Below are positions 24,001-36,688 of a DNA stretch of 64,000 nucleotides, piece by piece; within the stretch, counting starts at the first letter, position 1, and every line of letters starts with the position of its first letter. The notes under the pieces are model-generated. The model saw only the letters and a list, made by a program, of their open reading frames with translations. It had not been told where the DNA came from and did not search any database. Where the stretch lies: the NCBI GenBank assembly GCA_950097015.1, contig CATNEN010000009.1, positions 1,426,001 through 1,490,000 of the forward strand, written 5' to 3'. Origin of the DNA: Macrostomum hystrix (Eukaryota; Animalia; Platyhelminthes). The position numbers and the translations under genes are program-made.

Positions 24001-24448
24001 GAACAATCGGAAGCGCAGCACGGCGGCCGCGGCTGCAGCGGCGGCGGCTGCGGCCTCAAGCAGCGGGCAGCAGCAGCGGAAGCCAAGCGCTGGCGCCAGC
24101 AGTAGCGGCGTCTCGCGCGACCGCGAACTGTCCAGCGCCTCCCTCAGCAACAATGAGCTCGCATTTGCCGTACAGGACATGGGCGACCAGCTCATTGAGG
24201 TCGTCGGCCTGGAGAACGCCGTACACGCCGGGATGGTTGCCGGTGGCCTCCGCAGCTCCGGCAAGCGGCTGGCCCAGTGCAGCGAGGTGGTGATCCGCAC
24301 CAGGCGGCGATTCCCGATGCAGATCGACGGCGAGCCCTGGTCGCAGGCGCCCTGCACCATCAGCATCACCCACATGAACCAGGTGCCCATGATCATGGCG
24401 CCTCAGCCCACCAAGAAGGGCGGCCTGTTCGGCCTGTTCTCAAAATGA
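15038..24448 (+). CDS. DGKB: Type I diacylglycerol kinase (EF-hands, two C1 domains, catalytic and accessory domains)
   Basis: Exons ~15038..15463 ([20 protein letters not shown]...WDTTELLP|gtgagt), 18824..19244 (second EF-hand, HVWRLKHF C1A; phase 1), 20663..21612 (C1B end, [30 protein letters not shown]; phase 0), 23855..24448 ([11 protein letters not shown]). Junctions are GT-AG and frame-consistent. Co-ortholog of DGKA/B/G; the start codon was not found. Confidence 0.95.
15675..16680. repeat. ~30-bp minisatellite (CCCAGATCCCCAGATTAACACTGAAACCAT) with shorter variants, DGK intron 1
   Basis: Direct periodicity. Confidence 0.95.
17236..18620. repeat. 32-bp hairpin-containing minisatellite (GTGTCTTCAGGAGTGGCGACTCCTTTTCCCCC), ~43 copies, DGK intron 1
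   Basis: Direct periodicity; AGGAGT-GGCG-ACTCCT stem-loop in each unit; no spacers. Confidence 0.95.
19258..20455. repeat. 20-bp minisatellite (GATCCCAATGGATTGTCACT), ~60 copies, DGK intron 2
   Basis: Direct periodicity; begins ~14 nt after the splice donor. Confidence 0.95.
21650..22320. repeat. 30-bp minisatellite (GTGTGTCAGTGACATTGTCCCACAGCCTCA), ~22 copies, DGK intron 3
   Basis: Direct periodicity. Confidence 0.95.
23457..23760. repeat. 30-bp minisatellite (CAGATCCTCAGTATGTACCTGACATTCTCC), ~10 copies, DGK intron 3
   Basis: Direct periodicity. Confidence 0.95.
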
Positions 24449-24689
24449 CGGCCCGTCACGCTCTCACCTGAGTTTGCATCGGAGACTGCCATAGCCACCA
24501 GAACTGTTCTCTCACTGTCTGACAACGTCCAGTGTGACAAAGCCACCTCCCTGCTGTCCCCGCTTTGCCTGCTTCTGCCATCGCCGCCGAATGCTGAACT
24601 TGTACACCGCCGAGTCTGGGCTGTGCCGCGTCCTGGAATGGCTTTTTGGATGTCTTCCCTACCATTTATATGCCACTGCCTACTCCGCT

Positions 24690-25125
24690 GTCTACCCTGT
24701 CTACTCCTCTGTCTCTTCCGCTTTCCCCTTAGTCTATCCTGTCTACTCCTCTGTCTCTTCCGCTCTCCCCTTAGTCTACCCTTTCTACTCCTGTCTCTTC
24801 CGCTCTCCCCTTAGTCTACCCTGTCTACTCCTCTGTCTCTTCCGCTCTCCCCTTAGTCTACCCTGTCTACTCCTCTGTCTCTTCCGCTCTCCCCTTAGTC
24901 TACCCTGTCTACTCCTCTGTCTCTTCCGCTCTCCCCTTAGTCTACCCTGTCTACTCCTCTGTCTCTTCCGCTCTCCCCTTAGTCTACCCTGTCTACTCCT
25001 CTGTCTCTTCCGCTCTCCCCTTGGTCTACCCTGTCTACTCCTCTGTCTCTTCCGCTCTCCCCTTAGTCTACCCTGTCTACTCCTCTGTCTCTTCCGCTCT
25101 CCCCTTAGTCTACCCTGTCTACTCC
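24690..25125. repeat. 42-bp pyrimidine-rich minisatellite, ~10 copies, downstream of the DGK stop
   Basis: Unit CTACCCTGTCTACTCCTCTGTCTCTTCCGCTCTCCCCTTAGT. Confidence 0.95.
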
Positions 25126-25664
25126 GGGGTGCCAGCTCTCAAATAGCGTCAGCAGATGTGGCTCAGTGCCCTCCCAGTTCTGGTTCGGCAGCAGCCGGGA
25201 CTTGTGGTCAGGAAGTCAGTTCACAGTGCCGTCAGCAGGGCGGACTAAGGGTGGGTGGTTGCTATCAGTGCGGCCGCCCCTTCGGCTGCTAATCTTATCT
25301 GGCCAACCGCTTAGCTACCGGATTGCAGGCACCCAGACTCGAAGCTAAAAATCTGCCTAAGTTGAACTGTTTTGTCTATTTCTGTCTGACTGTCTCCGTG
25401 CATTCCGCTGTGAGTATAGCCTGTTCTATACCTGTATATTCATAGAATTATGCTCTCTACTTTATCAATTCTTTGTTTAGCTATTGATCGAAGTCGCTCT
25501 GTGTATGGAGCTTTTGGCTTTTTTACCTGCTCTAAAAGTTTTGTTTATTCTTTCTTTTTGCAAGCAAGTTTATTGCTTTGCTCTGCTTTTTGCTTAGCTC
25601 CTCTACTCTAGTCCCTGCTGTGCGCCACGACTGTCTCGAGATCCAAAATTACAAATCACAAAAT

Positions 25665-27045
25665 GCAATCACAGGTCCCAGTCCCAGATCACAACTCACA
25701 TATCACAGATCCCAAATCTCAGATAGCATTCACCGATCACTTATTTCAAATCACAGATCCCAGTCACAGATCCCAGTCACAGATCACAGATCCCAGTCGC
25801 AGATCACAGTCACAGATCCCAGTCACAGATCACAGATCCCAGTCACAGATCACAGATCCCAGTCGCAGATCACAGTCACAGATCCCAGTCACAGATCACA
25901 GATCCCAGTCGCAGATCACAGATCCCAAATCTCAGATAGCATTCACCGATCACTTATTTCAAATCACAGATCCCAGTCACAGATCCCAAATCTCAAATAG
26001 CATTCACCGATCACTTATTTCAAATCACAGATCCCAGTCACAGATCCCAGTCACAGATTACAGATCTCATTCACAGATCACAGTCCCAGATCACAGATCC
26101 CAGTCACAGATCCCAGTCACAGATTACAGATCTCATTCACAGATCCCAGTCACAGATCACAGATCCCAGTCGCAGATCACAGATCCCAGTCGCAGATCAC
26201 AGATCCCAAATCTCAGATAGCATTCACCGATCACTTATTTCAAATCACAGATCCCAGTCACAGATTACAGATCTCATTCACAGATCACAGTCCCAGATCA
26301 CAGTCCCAGATCACAGATCCCAATCACCGATCCCAGTCACAGATCACAGATCTCATTCACAGATCACAGTCCCAGATCACAGATCCCAGTCACAGATCCC
26401 AGTCACAGATTACAGATCTCATTCACAGATCCCAGTCACAGATCACAGATCCCAGTCGCAGATCACAGATCCGAGTCGCAGATCACAGATCCCAAATCTC
26501 AGATAGCATTCACCGATCACTTATTTCAAATCACAGATCCCAGTCGCAGATTACAGATCTCATTCACAGATCACAGTCCCAGATCACAGTCCCAGATCAC
26601 AGATCCCAATCACCGATCCCAGTCACAGATCACAGATCTCATTCACAGATCACAGTCCCAGATCACAGATAGCATTCACCGATCACTTATTTCAAATCAC
26701 AGATCCCAGTCACAGATTACAGATCTCATTCACAGATCACAGTCCCAGATCACAGATCCCAGTCACCGATCCCAGTCACAGATCACAGTCACAGATCCCA
26801 GTCACAGATTACAGATCTCATTCACAGATCACAGTCCCAGATCACAGATCCCAGTCACCGATCCCAGTCACAGATCACAGTCACAGATCCCAGTCACAGA
26901 TTACAGATCTCATTCACAGATCACAGTCCCAGATCACAGATCCCAGTCACCGATCCCAGTCACAGATCACAGATCCCAGTCACCGATCCCAGTCACAGAT
27001 CACAGATCTCATTCACAGATCACAGTCCCAGATCAGTCAGATCAG
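25665..27045. repeat. Higher-order array built from CACAGAT/CCCAGT subunits
   Basis: Recurring CAGATCCCAGTCACAGATCA with interspersed blocks AGATAGCATTCACCGATCACTTATTTCAAAT. Confidence 0.9.
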
Positions 27046-27864
27046 ATGGTTGATCATGCATGCAATTTTATCTATTTTCTAATCCAGTCAGATTTGGTTT
27101 CGTGATTAGCTATTCGTGTTGTGTTGCTGATCATGTCTTTTATTAGTCAGTTTGAGCAGTGCTGATTTTTATCGGATACCGGCCCGCCCGTGTCACAGAT
27201 GCCTATCGTATTCGACTCAGCTTTACACACAGTCACAATGCCACAGTTTGTTTTGTTCTAATTGGCGCTTGCGGCCTCCCCAAACCGGAGATCCTCGCGC
27301 CGCTTCCCCGGAGCTCCTTTAGTCCATGTGTTGTGCGCTTCCAGTCAAGCCACTCCGCTTTCTCCCGCCGTGTCGCAGCAATCGCAAAAGTCTTCTGTTG
27401 TGCTTCATCGCTTGCGGGAACAATTAATGTCCTTTTAGGCGAATAGTTTTAACCAAAAGCGGCTGCGCAACTAAACCTGTATTTTTGTCCTTCCCGTGTT
27501 GCTGTGCGGGTCTGGGCCTGCGGTTACTCACGAGCACAAATTAAATTAATTGGATGTTGCTGTTTATTCTAAATTAAACAGGTGTCATGACTGACAATTC
27601 GAAACAGAGCAATTCAGGGCCTCCTGTCCTGCTGCTAAACACTTTTAATGAATTCGCGTTCTTTCTCAAATCTCCCTGGGCTGAGACTACGCGAACTCAC
27701 CTGTGCTCCCCGTTTGGGTGTGGTCCGTGTCGATTTTTCAGGACCTCAAAGCCTCCCTACCTAATCTTCTCATCCCCCTTCCCAACTCCCAACTCTCACA
27801 GCCTCCTAAATACTGTTTGGAACTATTCAAAAAACCTGGGATTCAGTGTCTCCCACTCTGCCTC

Positions 27865-28240
27865 AGTGTGGGATTCAGCTACCCACACTCCGCCTCAGTG
27901 TGGGATTCAGTTTCCCCCACTCTCCCTCAGTGTGAGATTCAGTTTCCCCCACTCTCCCTCAGTGTGAGATTCAGTTTCCCCCACTCTCCCTCAGTGTGAG
28001 ATTCAGTTTCCCCCACTCTCCCTCAGTGTGGGATTCAGTTTCCCCCACTCTCCCTCAGTGTGAGATTCAGTTTCCCCCACTCTCCCTCAGTGTGAGATTC
28101 AGTTTCCCCCACTCTCCCTCAGTGTGAGATTCAGTTTCCCCCACTCTCCCTCAGTGTGGGATTCAGTTTCCCCCATTCTGCCTCAGTGTGAGATTCAGTT
28201 TCCCCCACTCTCCCTCAGTGTGGGATTCAGTTTCCCCCAT
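27865..28240. repeat. 32-bp minisatellite (CAGTGTGAGATTCAGTTTCCCCCACTCTCCCT), ~11 copies
   Basis: Direct periodicity. Confidence 0.95.
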
Positions 28241-28879
28241 TGCATATGTTTCTGGTCTGCCTGTTGTCTTTACTTTTCTCTCTACCTGTCGTGAGCTCAT
28301 CTCCCGCTCCAGTCAGCCGGCCTTCTCATGTCCCGGGCCCGCAATGATACCCACGCCCGACTCGAGAAAGAGGAGCATTCTAACCGGGAATTAAGCCAGT
28401 TCTTTGCCCCGCCTCCCCTCCCGGCCCTCCCAATTTCTGTGCTGCTGCTGCTTTCCCTTCTGTCGGCCGTGCAGATGAAAGTCGAATCGAATGATCCGGG
28501 TTTAATTCCCGGTCCCGTGACGGCTCCCGTCCTCTCCGCCCCCCGCTCAATCCTCCGCGCACTCGCCCGAGCCGCGGATGAGAAGGGATTTAAAATTTTT
28601 CTGCGAATCTCTTTGCGAGTCGTCCCAGGGAGAACCTGCTCGGAAGTGTTTCATACTAATTGAATTCGCCTACTGTGTTTAATGGCCAGGGGACTGACGT
28701 ACTTGGCGTACTTTAGAGCTGGGAACTGAGCCCTGCTCCCACATCTGCTCAGAGAAATGCGACTCACAACTGATCGACTCTGATGAGTTCTTTGAGTCAG
28801 AGCTACTCGGCTCTTTAATAAGATCTTCCTACTCAGCCCTGATTGAGCCGGATCTACTCAAGATGTTTTAAGTAAAATT

Positions 28880-30190
28880 TTCCCAAGATGTGTTTGAGTC
28901 AGATTTGCCCAAGATGTGTTTGAGTCAGATTTGCTCAAGATGTGTTTGAGTCAGATTTGCCCAAGATGTGTTTGAGTCACATTTGCTCAAGATGTGTTTG
29001 AGTCACATTTGCTCAAGATGTGTTTGAGTCACATTTGCTCAAGATGTGTTTGAGTCAGATTTGCCCAAGATGTGTTTGAGTCAGATTTGCTCAAGATGTG
29101 TTTGAGTCAGATTTGCCCAAGATGTGTTTGAGTCACATTTGCTCAAGATGTGTTTGAGTCACATTTGCTCAAGATGTGTTTGAGTCACATTTGCTCAAGA
29201 TGTGTTTGAGTCAGATTTGCTCAAGATGTGTTTGAGTCAGATTTGCTCAAGATGTATTTGAGTCACATTTGCTCAAGATGTGTTTGAGTCAGATTTGCCC
29301 AAGATGTGTTTGAGTCACATTTGCTCAAGATGTGTTTGAGTCACATTTGCTCAAGATGTATTTGAGTCAGATTTGCCCAAGATGTATTTGAGTCAGATTT
29401 GCTCAAGATGTGTTTGAGTCAGATTTGCTCAAGATGTGTTTGAGTCCCATTTGCTCAAGATGTGTTTGAGTCACATTTGGTAATAATGTATTTGAGTCAC
29501 ATTTGGTAATAATGTATTTGAGTCACATTTGGTAATAATGTGTTTGAGTCACATTTGCCCAATATGTATTTGAGTCACATTTGGTAATAATGTATTTGAG
29601 TCACATTTGGTAATAATGTGTTTGAGTCACATTTGGTAATAATGTGTTTGAGTCACATTTGGTAATAATGTATTTGAGTCACATTTGGTAATAATGTATT
29701 TGAGTCACATTTGGTAATAATGTATTTGAGTCACATTTGGTAATAATGTGTTTGAGTCACATTTGGTAATAATGTGTTTGAGTCACATTTGCTCAAGATG
29801 TGTTTTAGTCCCATTTGCTCAAGATGTGTTTGAGTCACATTTGCTCAAGATGTGTTCGTGTCAGATTTGCTCAAGATGTGTTTGAGTCCCATTTGCTCAA
29901 GATGTGTTTGAGTCACATTTGGTAATAATGTATTTGAGTCACATTTGGTAATAATGTATTTGAGTCACATTTGGTAATAATGTGTTTGAGTCACATTTGC
30001 TCAAGATGTGTTTGAGTCACATTTGCCCAATATGTATTTGAGTCACATTTGGTAATAATGTATTTGAGTCACATTTGGTAATAATGTGTTTGAGTCACAT
30101 TTGGTAATAATGTGTTTGAGTCACATTTGGTAATAATGTATTTGAGTCACATTTGGTAATATTGTATTTGAGTCACATTTGCTCAAAATT
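28880..30190. repeat. 26-bp minisatellite (AAGATGTGTTTGAGTCACATTTGCTC), ~50 copies
   Basis: Direct periodicity; two sub-variants arranged in blocks. Confidence 0.95.
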
Positions 30191-30489
30191 CGTTCGGGTC
30201 AGATTTGCCCACGATGTTTTTAAGTCAGATCTGCTCAAGAATAACTAAAAAAACTGGAGTCAGTATTTGGGATTTAATGCGGCTTCGCGCAAGAAATGTT
30301 CGGAAATGTTTCCCTGACGCACCCGGCCCAGACAGTGAAATCCCATGGGAACTGCCGAGTTTCTCGAGACGCAAAAATGATCCGTCCAGGTGCAGTACTG
30401 CTGGCCTAGGCTTCATGCACCCCACACTGCATGTTATTGATCCGTCTCCGCTGGCTTGAAGCTTGTTCTACTCAGCAAGGCTGGTCTCA

Positions 30490-31345
30490 CTCACTGTGGA
30501 TTCTATTTCTCACTGTGGATTCTATTTCTCACTGTGGATTCTATTTCTCACTGTGGATTCTATTTCTCACTGTGTATTTTATTTCTCACTGTGGATTCTA
30601 TTTCTCACTGTGGATTCTATTTCTCACTGTGTATTCTATTTCTCACTGTGGATTCTATTTCTCACTGTGGATTCTATTTCTCACTGTGGATTCTATTTCT
30701 CACTGTGGATTCTATTTCTCACTGTGGATTCTATTTCTCACTGTGGATTCTATTTCTCACTGTGGATTCTATTTCTCACTGTGGATTCTATTTCTCACTG
30801 TAGATTCTATTTCTCACTGTGGATTCTATTTCTCACTGTGGATTCTATTTCTCACTGTGGATTTTATTTATCACTGTGGATTCTATTTCTCACTGTGGAT
30901 TCTATTTCTCACAGTGTATTTTATTTCTCACTGTGGATTCTATTTCTCACTGTGGATTCTATTTCTCACTGTGGATTCTATTTCTCACTGTGGATTCTAT
31001 TTCTCACTGTGTATTCTATTTCTCACTGTGGATTCTATTTCTCACTGTGGATTCTATTTCTCACTGTGGATTCTATTTCTCACTGTGTATTCTATTTCTC
31101 ACTGTGGATTCTATTTCTCACTGTATTTTATTTCTCACTGTGGATTCTATTTCTCACTGTGGATTCTATTTCTCACTGTGGATTCTATTTCTCACTGTGG
31201 ATTCTATTTCTCACTGTGTATTTTATTTCTCACTGTGGATTCTATTTCTCTCTGTGGATTCTATTTCTCACTGTGGATTTTATTTCTCACTGTGGATTCT
31301 ATTTCTCACAGTGTATTCTATTTCTCTCTGTGGATTCTATTTTTC
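30490..31345. repeat. 19-bp minisatellite (CTCACTGTGGATTCTATTT), ~45 copies
   Basis: Direct periodicity. Confidence 0.95.
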
Positions 31346-32289
31346 ACTGCCAGCTGAGTGAACGTTGAGCAGTGCTCAGGATGCCTCTGATTCTTCCTCG
31401 CAGCCTCAAGCGGCTAGGGTTCCAGCCGTTTTTACTCATTTAATCTGAGCCTCTGGCTTCGGCTGTCTATTTTTATTTCCCACTGGGAGCGGCCTACTCG
31501 TGTTCCCCGAGCATCGACTTGGGCGGGACGCGGTTTCGGGTCCCTGTTACGATGATCTCTCCCCTCCCCCTGCTCTGACGAATATCCCCCCATCCACGCA
31601 GACAGAGCTATATTTAGCCCCCCCCCCTAGAGGCAGCTCCAGGCAGCCGCGGCACGCCCAAAGCACAGGCTGCTGGCTGCGGCTGTAAATTTTCCGCTTC
31701 CAAACCCCTTCCGCCGCCTTCTTCTCGGCTGTTGTTCTAAAAATAGCAACAGGGCGGTCCCGCTGCCAGCACCCACCCCACTCCCCTAGGCGAGGAATTC
31801 CCGAGGCCCAAAAAGACAGACTGAATTATTATTAGGCTCCGAGCTGCATGGGCGGTGACTGCAGCGGCCACGCCCGGACTGGCGCTTGCCAACTCGCTTT
31901 GACTCGGGCGAACGAAGACGGATTTGCAGCTGGGGTGGGGGCACACAAAGGGGTCGGACGCAGAAACAGGACTAAAGAACAAAGGCCGAGTAGTGGGGGG
32001 GCCTTTGGACCATCGAGTGACGGGCCGGCAGCAAACGACTCGGGATGGGCCAGCAAGTTGAAGTGGCTGGCGTAGCAGAAACGCTTAAAAGTACACGCCA
32101 TGATCATGACAGCTTCATTGTGAGCGAGGATCGTTGGGTTGTATCAGATCCGCCTGGATACCACTTGCCGTCTCTGCTGGCCTTCTCTGCCCACTCATTT
32201 CATCCACAAATACCCGCTCAACTATACAACCGTACCATCAGAATGGATACCCTTCCCTGCTCCTTATACTACCTACCACTGGCTCTTAC

Positions 32290-33620
32290 TCTCCCCTGAC
32301 TATCCTACTCCTACTCACTCTCCCTCTGACTATCCTACTCCTACTCACTCTCCCTCTGACTATCCTACTCCTACTCACTCTCCCTCTGACTATCCTACTC
32401 CTACTCACTCACTGACTATCCTACTCCTACTCACTCTCTCTCTGACTATCCTACTCCTACTCACTCTCCCTCTGACTATCCTACTCCTACTCACTCTCCC
32501 TCTGACTATCCTACTCCTACTCACTCACTGACTATCCTACTCCTACTCACTCTCTCTCTGACTATCCTACTCCTACTCACTCACTGACTATCCACTCCTA
32601 CTCACTCTCCCTCTGACTATCCTACTCCTACTCACTCTCCCTCTGACTATCCTACTCCTACTCACTCACTGACTATCCTACTCCTACTCACTCTCTCTCT
32701 GACTATCCTACTCCTACTCACTCACTGACTATCCACTCCTACTCACTCTCCCTCTGACTATCCTACTCCTACTCACTCTCCCTCTGACTATCCTACTCCT
32801 ACTCACTCACTGACTATCCTACTCCTACTCACTCCCCCTCTGCCAATCCTACTCCTACTCACTCACTGACTATCCTACTCCTACTCACTCCCCCTCTGCC
32901 AATCATACTCCTACTCACTCACTGACTATCCTACTCCTACTCACTCTCCCTCTGACTATCCTACTCCTACTCACTCTCCCTCTGACTATCCTACTCCTAC
33001 TCACTCTCCCTCTGACTTTCCTACTCCTACTCACTCCTCCTCTGCCAATCCTACTCCTACTCACTCACTGACTATCCTACTCCTACTCACTCTCCCTCTG
33101 ACTATCCTACTCCTACTCACTCTCCCTCTGACTATCCTACTCCTACTCACTCTCCCTCTGACTCTCCTACTCCTACTCACTCTCCCTCTGCCAATCCTAC
33201 TCCTACTCACTCACTGACTATCCTACTCCTACTCACACTCCCTCTGACTATTCTACTCCTACTCACTCTCCCTCTGACTCTCCTACTCCTACTCACTCTC
33301 CCTCTGACTATCCTACTCCTACTCACTCCCCCTCTGCCAATCCTACTCCTACTCACTCACTGACTATCCTACTCCTACTCACTCTCCCTCTGACTCTTCT
33401 ACTCCTACTCACTCTCCCCTGACTCTCCTACTCCTACTCACTCTCTGACTATCCTACTCCTACTCCTACTTGCACTCTCCCTCTGACTCTCCTACTCCTA
33501 CTCACTCTCCCTCTGACTCTCCTTTTCCTACTCACTCTCCCCTGACTCTCCTACTCCTACTCACTCTCCCCTGACTCTCCTACTCCTACTCACTCTCCTC
33601 TGACTCTCCTCACTCTCCCC
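32290..33620. repeat. ~30-bp pyrimidine-rich minisatellite (CTACTCCTACTCACTCTCCCTCTGACTATC)
   Basis: Direct periodicity with length variants. Confidence 0.95.
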
Positions 33621-34496
33621 TCCTTCCCCAGCCCTCTCCATTCCTGTAGCATTCTTCTGAGCCAGGTCGCACACAGGTCAGCAGTCGCAGCTCTGTGGGT
33701 GTCAAATTGTCGGTTGGCCGTCCTTCTGTCAGCTTTCCCCCCTAGGACAGGCGCGTGTCACAATGGCCTAAGGAAGACAAAATTCATTTCAGATTACGAC
33801 GCCAACGCGCCAAAAAACGCCAGCTGAGCTGCATTCCCCTCTGATCTGCTGGCTAATCTCAAAGCCGTGTTGCCATGCGGCTTGGGCGCTGCTGTTTTAT
33901 CGCTTCCCGGCTCCGCCCACGTCTGCCAGCGTTTGTTTATGCTGCACGCTCTCGGACTTTTGGAAGCGCGAAAAAAATTAATATTCTATTTTTTATTGAG
34001 GCCACAAAAATCGCGACAGAAATGCGCGAGAATTTCCGAGGAGAATTTCTGCTCTGCTCCCCCCCGAACCGCTGTCCAACTTGAGCAAGAGTGCTCAATT
34101 GGGTAAAATTGGCCGGAAATCAAGTTGGCAATTTGCATGAATTCCAATTTCTTCAGTCCCTTCTGCGCTCAAGCCGATTTTCGCCCGCTCAGCGTCCGAG
34201 GCCTTAGGAAATCAACTTCTGCATCTTTGATTGCCGCATACTCAATTATGCCATTGTGGGGAGCCAGCCTGCTCAGGTCCGCCGCCTTGCAGTCTCACGC
34301 CTGCCACTGAACTTTTCACTATTCCCACAGCTCTCCCTGCCCCAACTCTCATCTCGTCTTCTCTCACACCGAACTCAGGACTGCGCTGAGTAGACTCCGT
34401 GGGCAGGTCAGCGCCTATTCTCTATTCTCTGCAAACCTGTCTCTGCTTATCCTAATCCAATCCCAATCTCTCCATTATTTTAACACTCTTCCCGTC

Positions 34497-34780
34497 TCTC
34501 CCTCTCCCTCTGTCCCCTGTCTCTCACTCTCCCTCTGTCCCCTGTCTCTCACTCTCCCTCTGTCCCCTGTCTCTCACTCTCCCTCTGTCCCCTGTCTCTC
34601 ACTCTCCCTCTGTCCCCTGTCTCTCACTCTCCCTCTGTCCCCTGTCTCTCACTCTCCCTCTGTCCCCTGTCTCTCACTCTCCCTCTGTCCCCTGTCTCTC
34701 ACTCTCCCTCTGTCCCCTGTCTCTCACTCTCCCTCTGTCCCCTGTCTCTCACTCTCCCTCTGTCCCCTGTCTCTCCCTCT
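34497..34780. repeat. 25-bp pyrimidine-rich minisatellite (TGTCCCCTGTCTCTCACTCTCCCTC), ~11 copies
   Basis: Direct periodicity. Confidence 0.95.
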
Positions 34781-35154
34781 CCATACTCCTATTTTCCATA
34801 TATTAGTTGATTGAGTTGGGTGGGTTGGAGGGCAGTCAGTGGACGGCCAGCGCAGGTGGGAGAGGCTGTAAGGACTCAGGAGTTGAGAATTGGAGTCCGG
34901 GGGAGTAGAGTTCTCATAATTCTTGAGCTCCTAGATTCGCTCCTCAGCGGAGCAGCTGAAATCACCCCCCCCCAAGAGGCCGGGCTGTGCAAACACGCGG
35001 GTGCATTTTTCAACCCGACTCCCAGGCTGACACGGCTTCTGTCTGGCTGTGGGGAAGTCATAAAGTTGGGATCTTCAGCGCCACATTTCAATGCGCGAAC
35101 CGATATGGCTTGAAGGCTGCCTTGCGCGGTGGTGAAGCACTCTGCAGCAGCGGC

Positions 35155-35470
35155 AAGGTAGTGTTGGGTGGAATCGGGCAGGGTAGAATGATGGTAGGTT
35201 GGGGTTGGGTAGAGTGTTGGGTGGATTGGGGCAGGGTAGAATGATGGTAGGTTGGGGTTGGGTAGAGTGTTGGGTGGAATCGGGCAGGGTAGAATGATGA
35301 TAGGTTGGGTTTGGGTAGAGTGTTGGGTGGATTGGGGCAGGGTAGAATGATGGTAGGTTGGGGTTGGGTAGAGTGTTGGGTGGATTGGGGCAGGGTAGAA
35401 TGATGGTAGGTTGGGGTTGGGTAGAGTGTTGGGTGGATTGGGGCAGGGTAGAATGATCTTAGGTTGGGGT
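35155..35470. repeat. 53-bp G-rich minisatellite, ~6 copies
   Basis: Unit GTGTTGGGTGGATTGGGGCAGGGTAGAATGATGGTAGGTTGGGGTTGGGTAGA; five G3+ runs per unit. Confidence 0.9.
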
Positions 35471-36384
35471 TGGTGTGCAGGCCAGTGTGAGGTAGGTCGG
35501 GGTAGGATTTAGGGACAGAATTCAGTGGGGTGGCAACAAGAATCTATTGAAATCTTGAATTTATGGCTTTCCAGTAAGGATTTTGATAAATTCTCGCCTC
35601 CTAGTCTCCATCCCATCCAGCGTTTAAGTCCCGGTCAAATCCTCAGGTACTGAAATTCCCTGACAGACAGAACTAGTTGACGTTTCCATGGGCAGAGCAT
35701 GACAGTTCGCTGAGCTGGGGCTGAGGTGGTCGGAGGGGATCGCACTTGCGTCTCGAGTCTCGGTTGGAGTAATCGCTCGGCTTCATGCAAGCCGGTGACA
35801 TAGAGAGGCCAGGTTGGGCTCGGCCTTGGACCCTCGCATCCGCACTGGGACTGTGACGTGCAACTGACAAAGTCCTTGGATCGAGATCTGTTGCGCCGAA
35901 ATGACTCATTGAAGCCCGGGCCGTTTGTTTCGTTAATATTGCTTTTCAATTTCTCCAAGTCTTTCTGCTTTGCCAGCCAGTTTCAATCAAACAGCAAATC
36001 TCTTGATAGGCGGCGCATTTTCCCGTGGGAGCAGTGGGCGTAAAGCAGCGGCAGATGGAAGCCAGAATTTATTGCTTCTCGTTTTTCGTCGCTTTGTCAA
36101 GCTGGCTATTTTTTGCAATCTCAACCTCGAGCCGCTTGAAACTCTAGAAATCCTCAAAGCGCGGGATTTCTGCCGCGCGAAGGATTTCGCCTGATATTTG
36201 AGCGCCGATTGACAGATATTGATCTGGGATTTAATCTTGATTTAATCTTGATCGACTGTTTCTCGCTAAAGCATGCGACCTGGCATTTCAGAGAGTGCCA
36301 GTTTGGTTTCTGCTTTCGAATTCCTCTCAGGGGAAATAAATAATTGTTTTTTTGGCTCAGGGAATTGAGAGCCTTGAGACATTG

Positions 36385-36545
36385 TTCATTTTGGTGGGCT
36401 CCTGAATAGACTTCTATTCATTTTGGTGGGCTCCTGAATAGACTTCTATTCATTTTGGTGGGCTCCTGAATAGACTTCTATTCATTTTGGTGGGCTCCTG
36501 AATAGACTTCTATTCATTTTGGTGGGCTCCTGAATAGACTTCTAT
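36385..36545. repeat. 32-bp tandem repeat (TTCATTTTGGTGGGCTCCTGAATAGACTTCTA), 5 copies
   Basis: Direct periodicity. Confidence 0.95.
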
Positions 36546-36688
36546 CACTGAAGAGCCGCACGTTTTCCCTTTCGACACGAAGTCCTGTTCGACTAAAGAT
36601 AATATGGTTTAGATGACAGATATGTTTGCTCCTAGAAGCACACAATGGAATGGTCAACAAGCACAATAATACTCCACAATGTTTGCCG

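Noticed and set aside
35155-35470. Telomeric repeat
   Set aside because: Contains TTGGGG/TTGGG words but no tandem TTAGGG; it is a 53-bp minisatellite.
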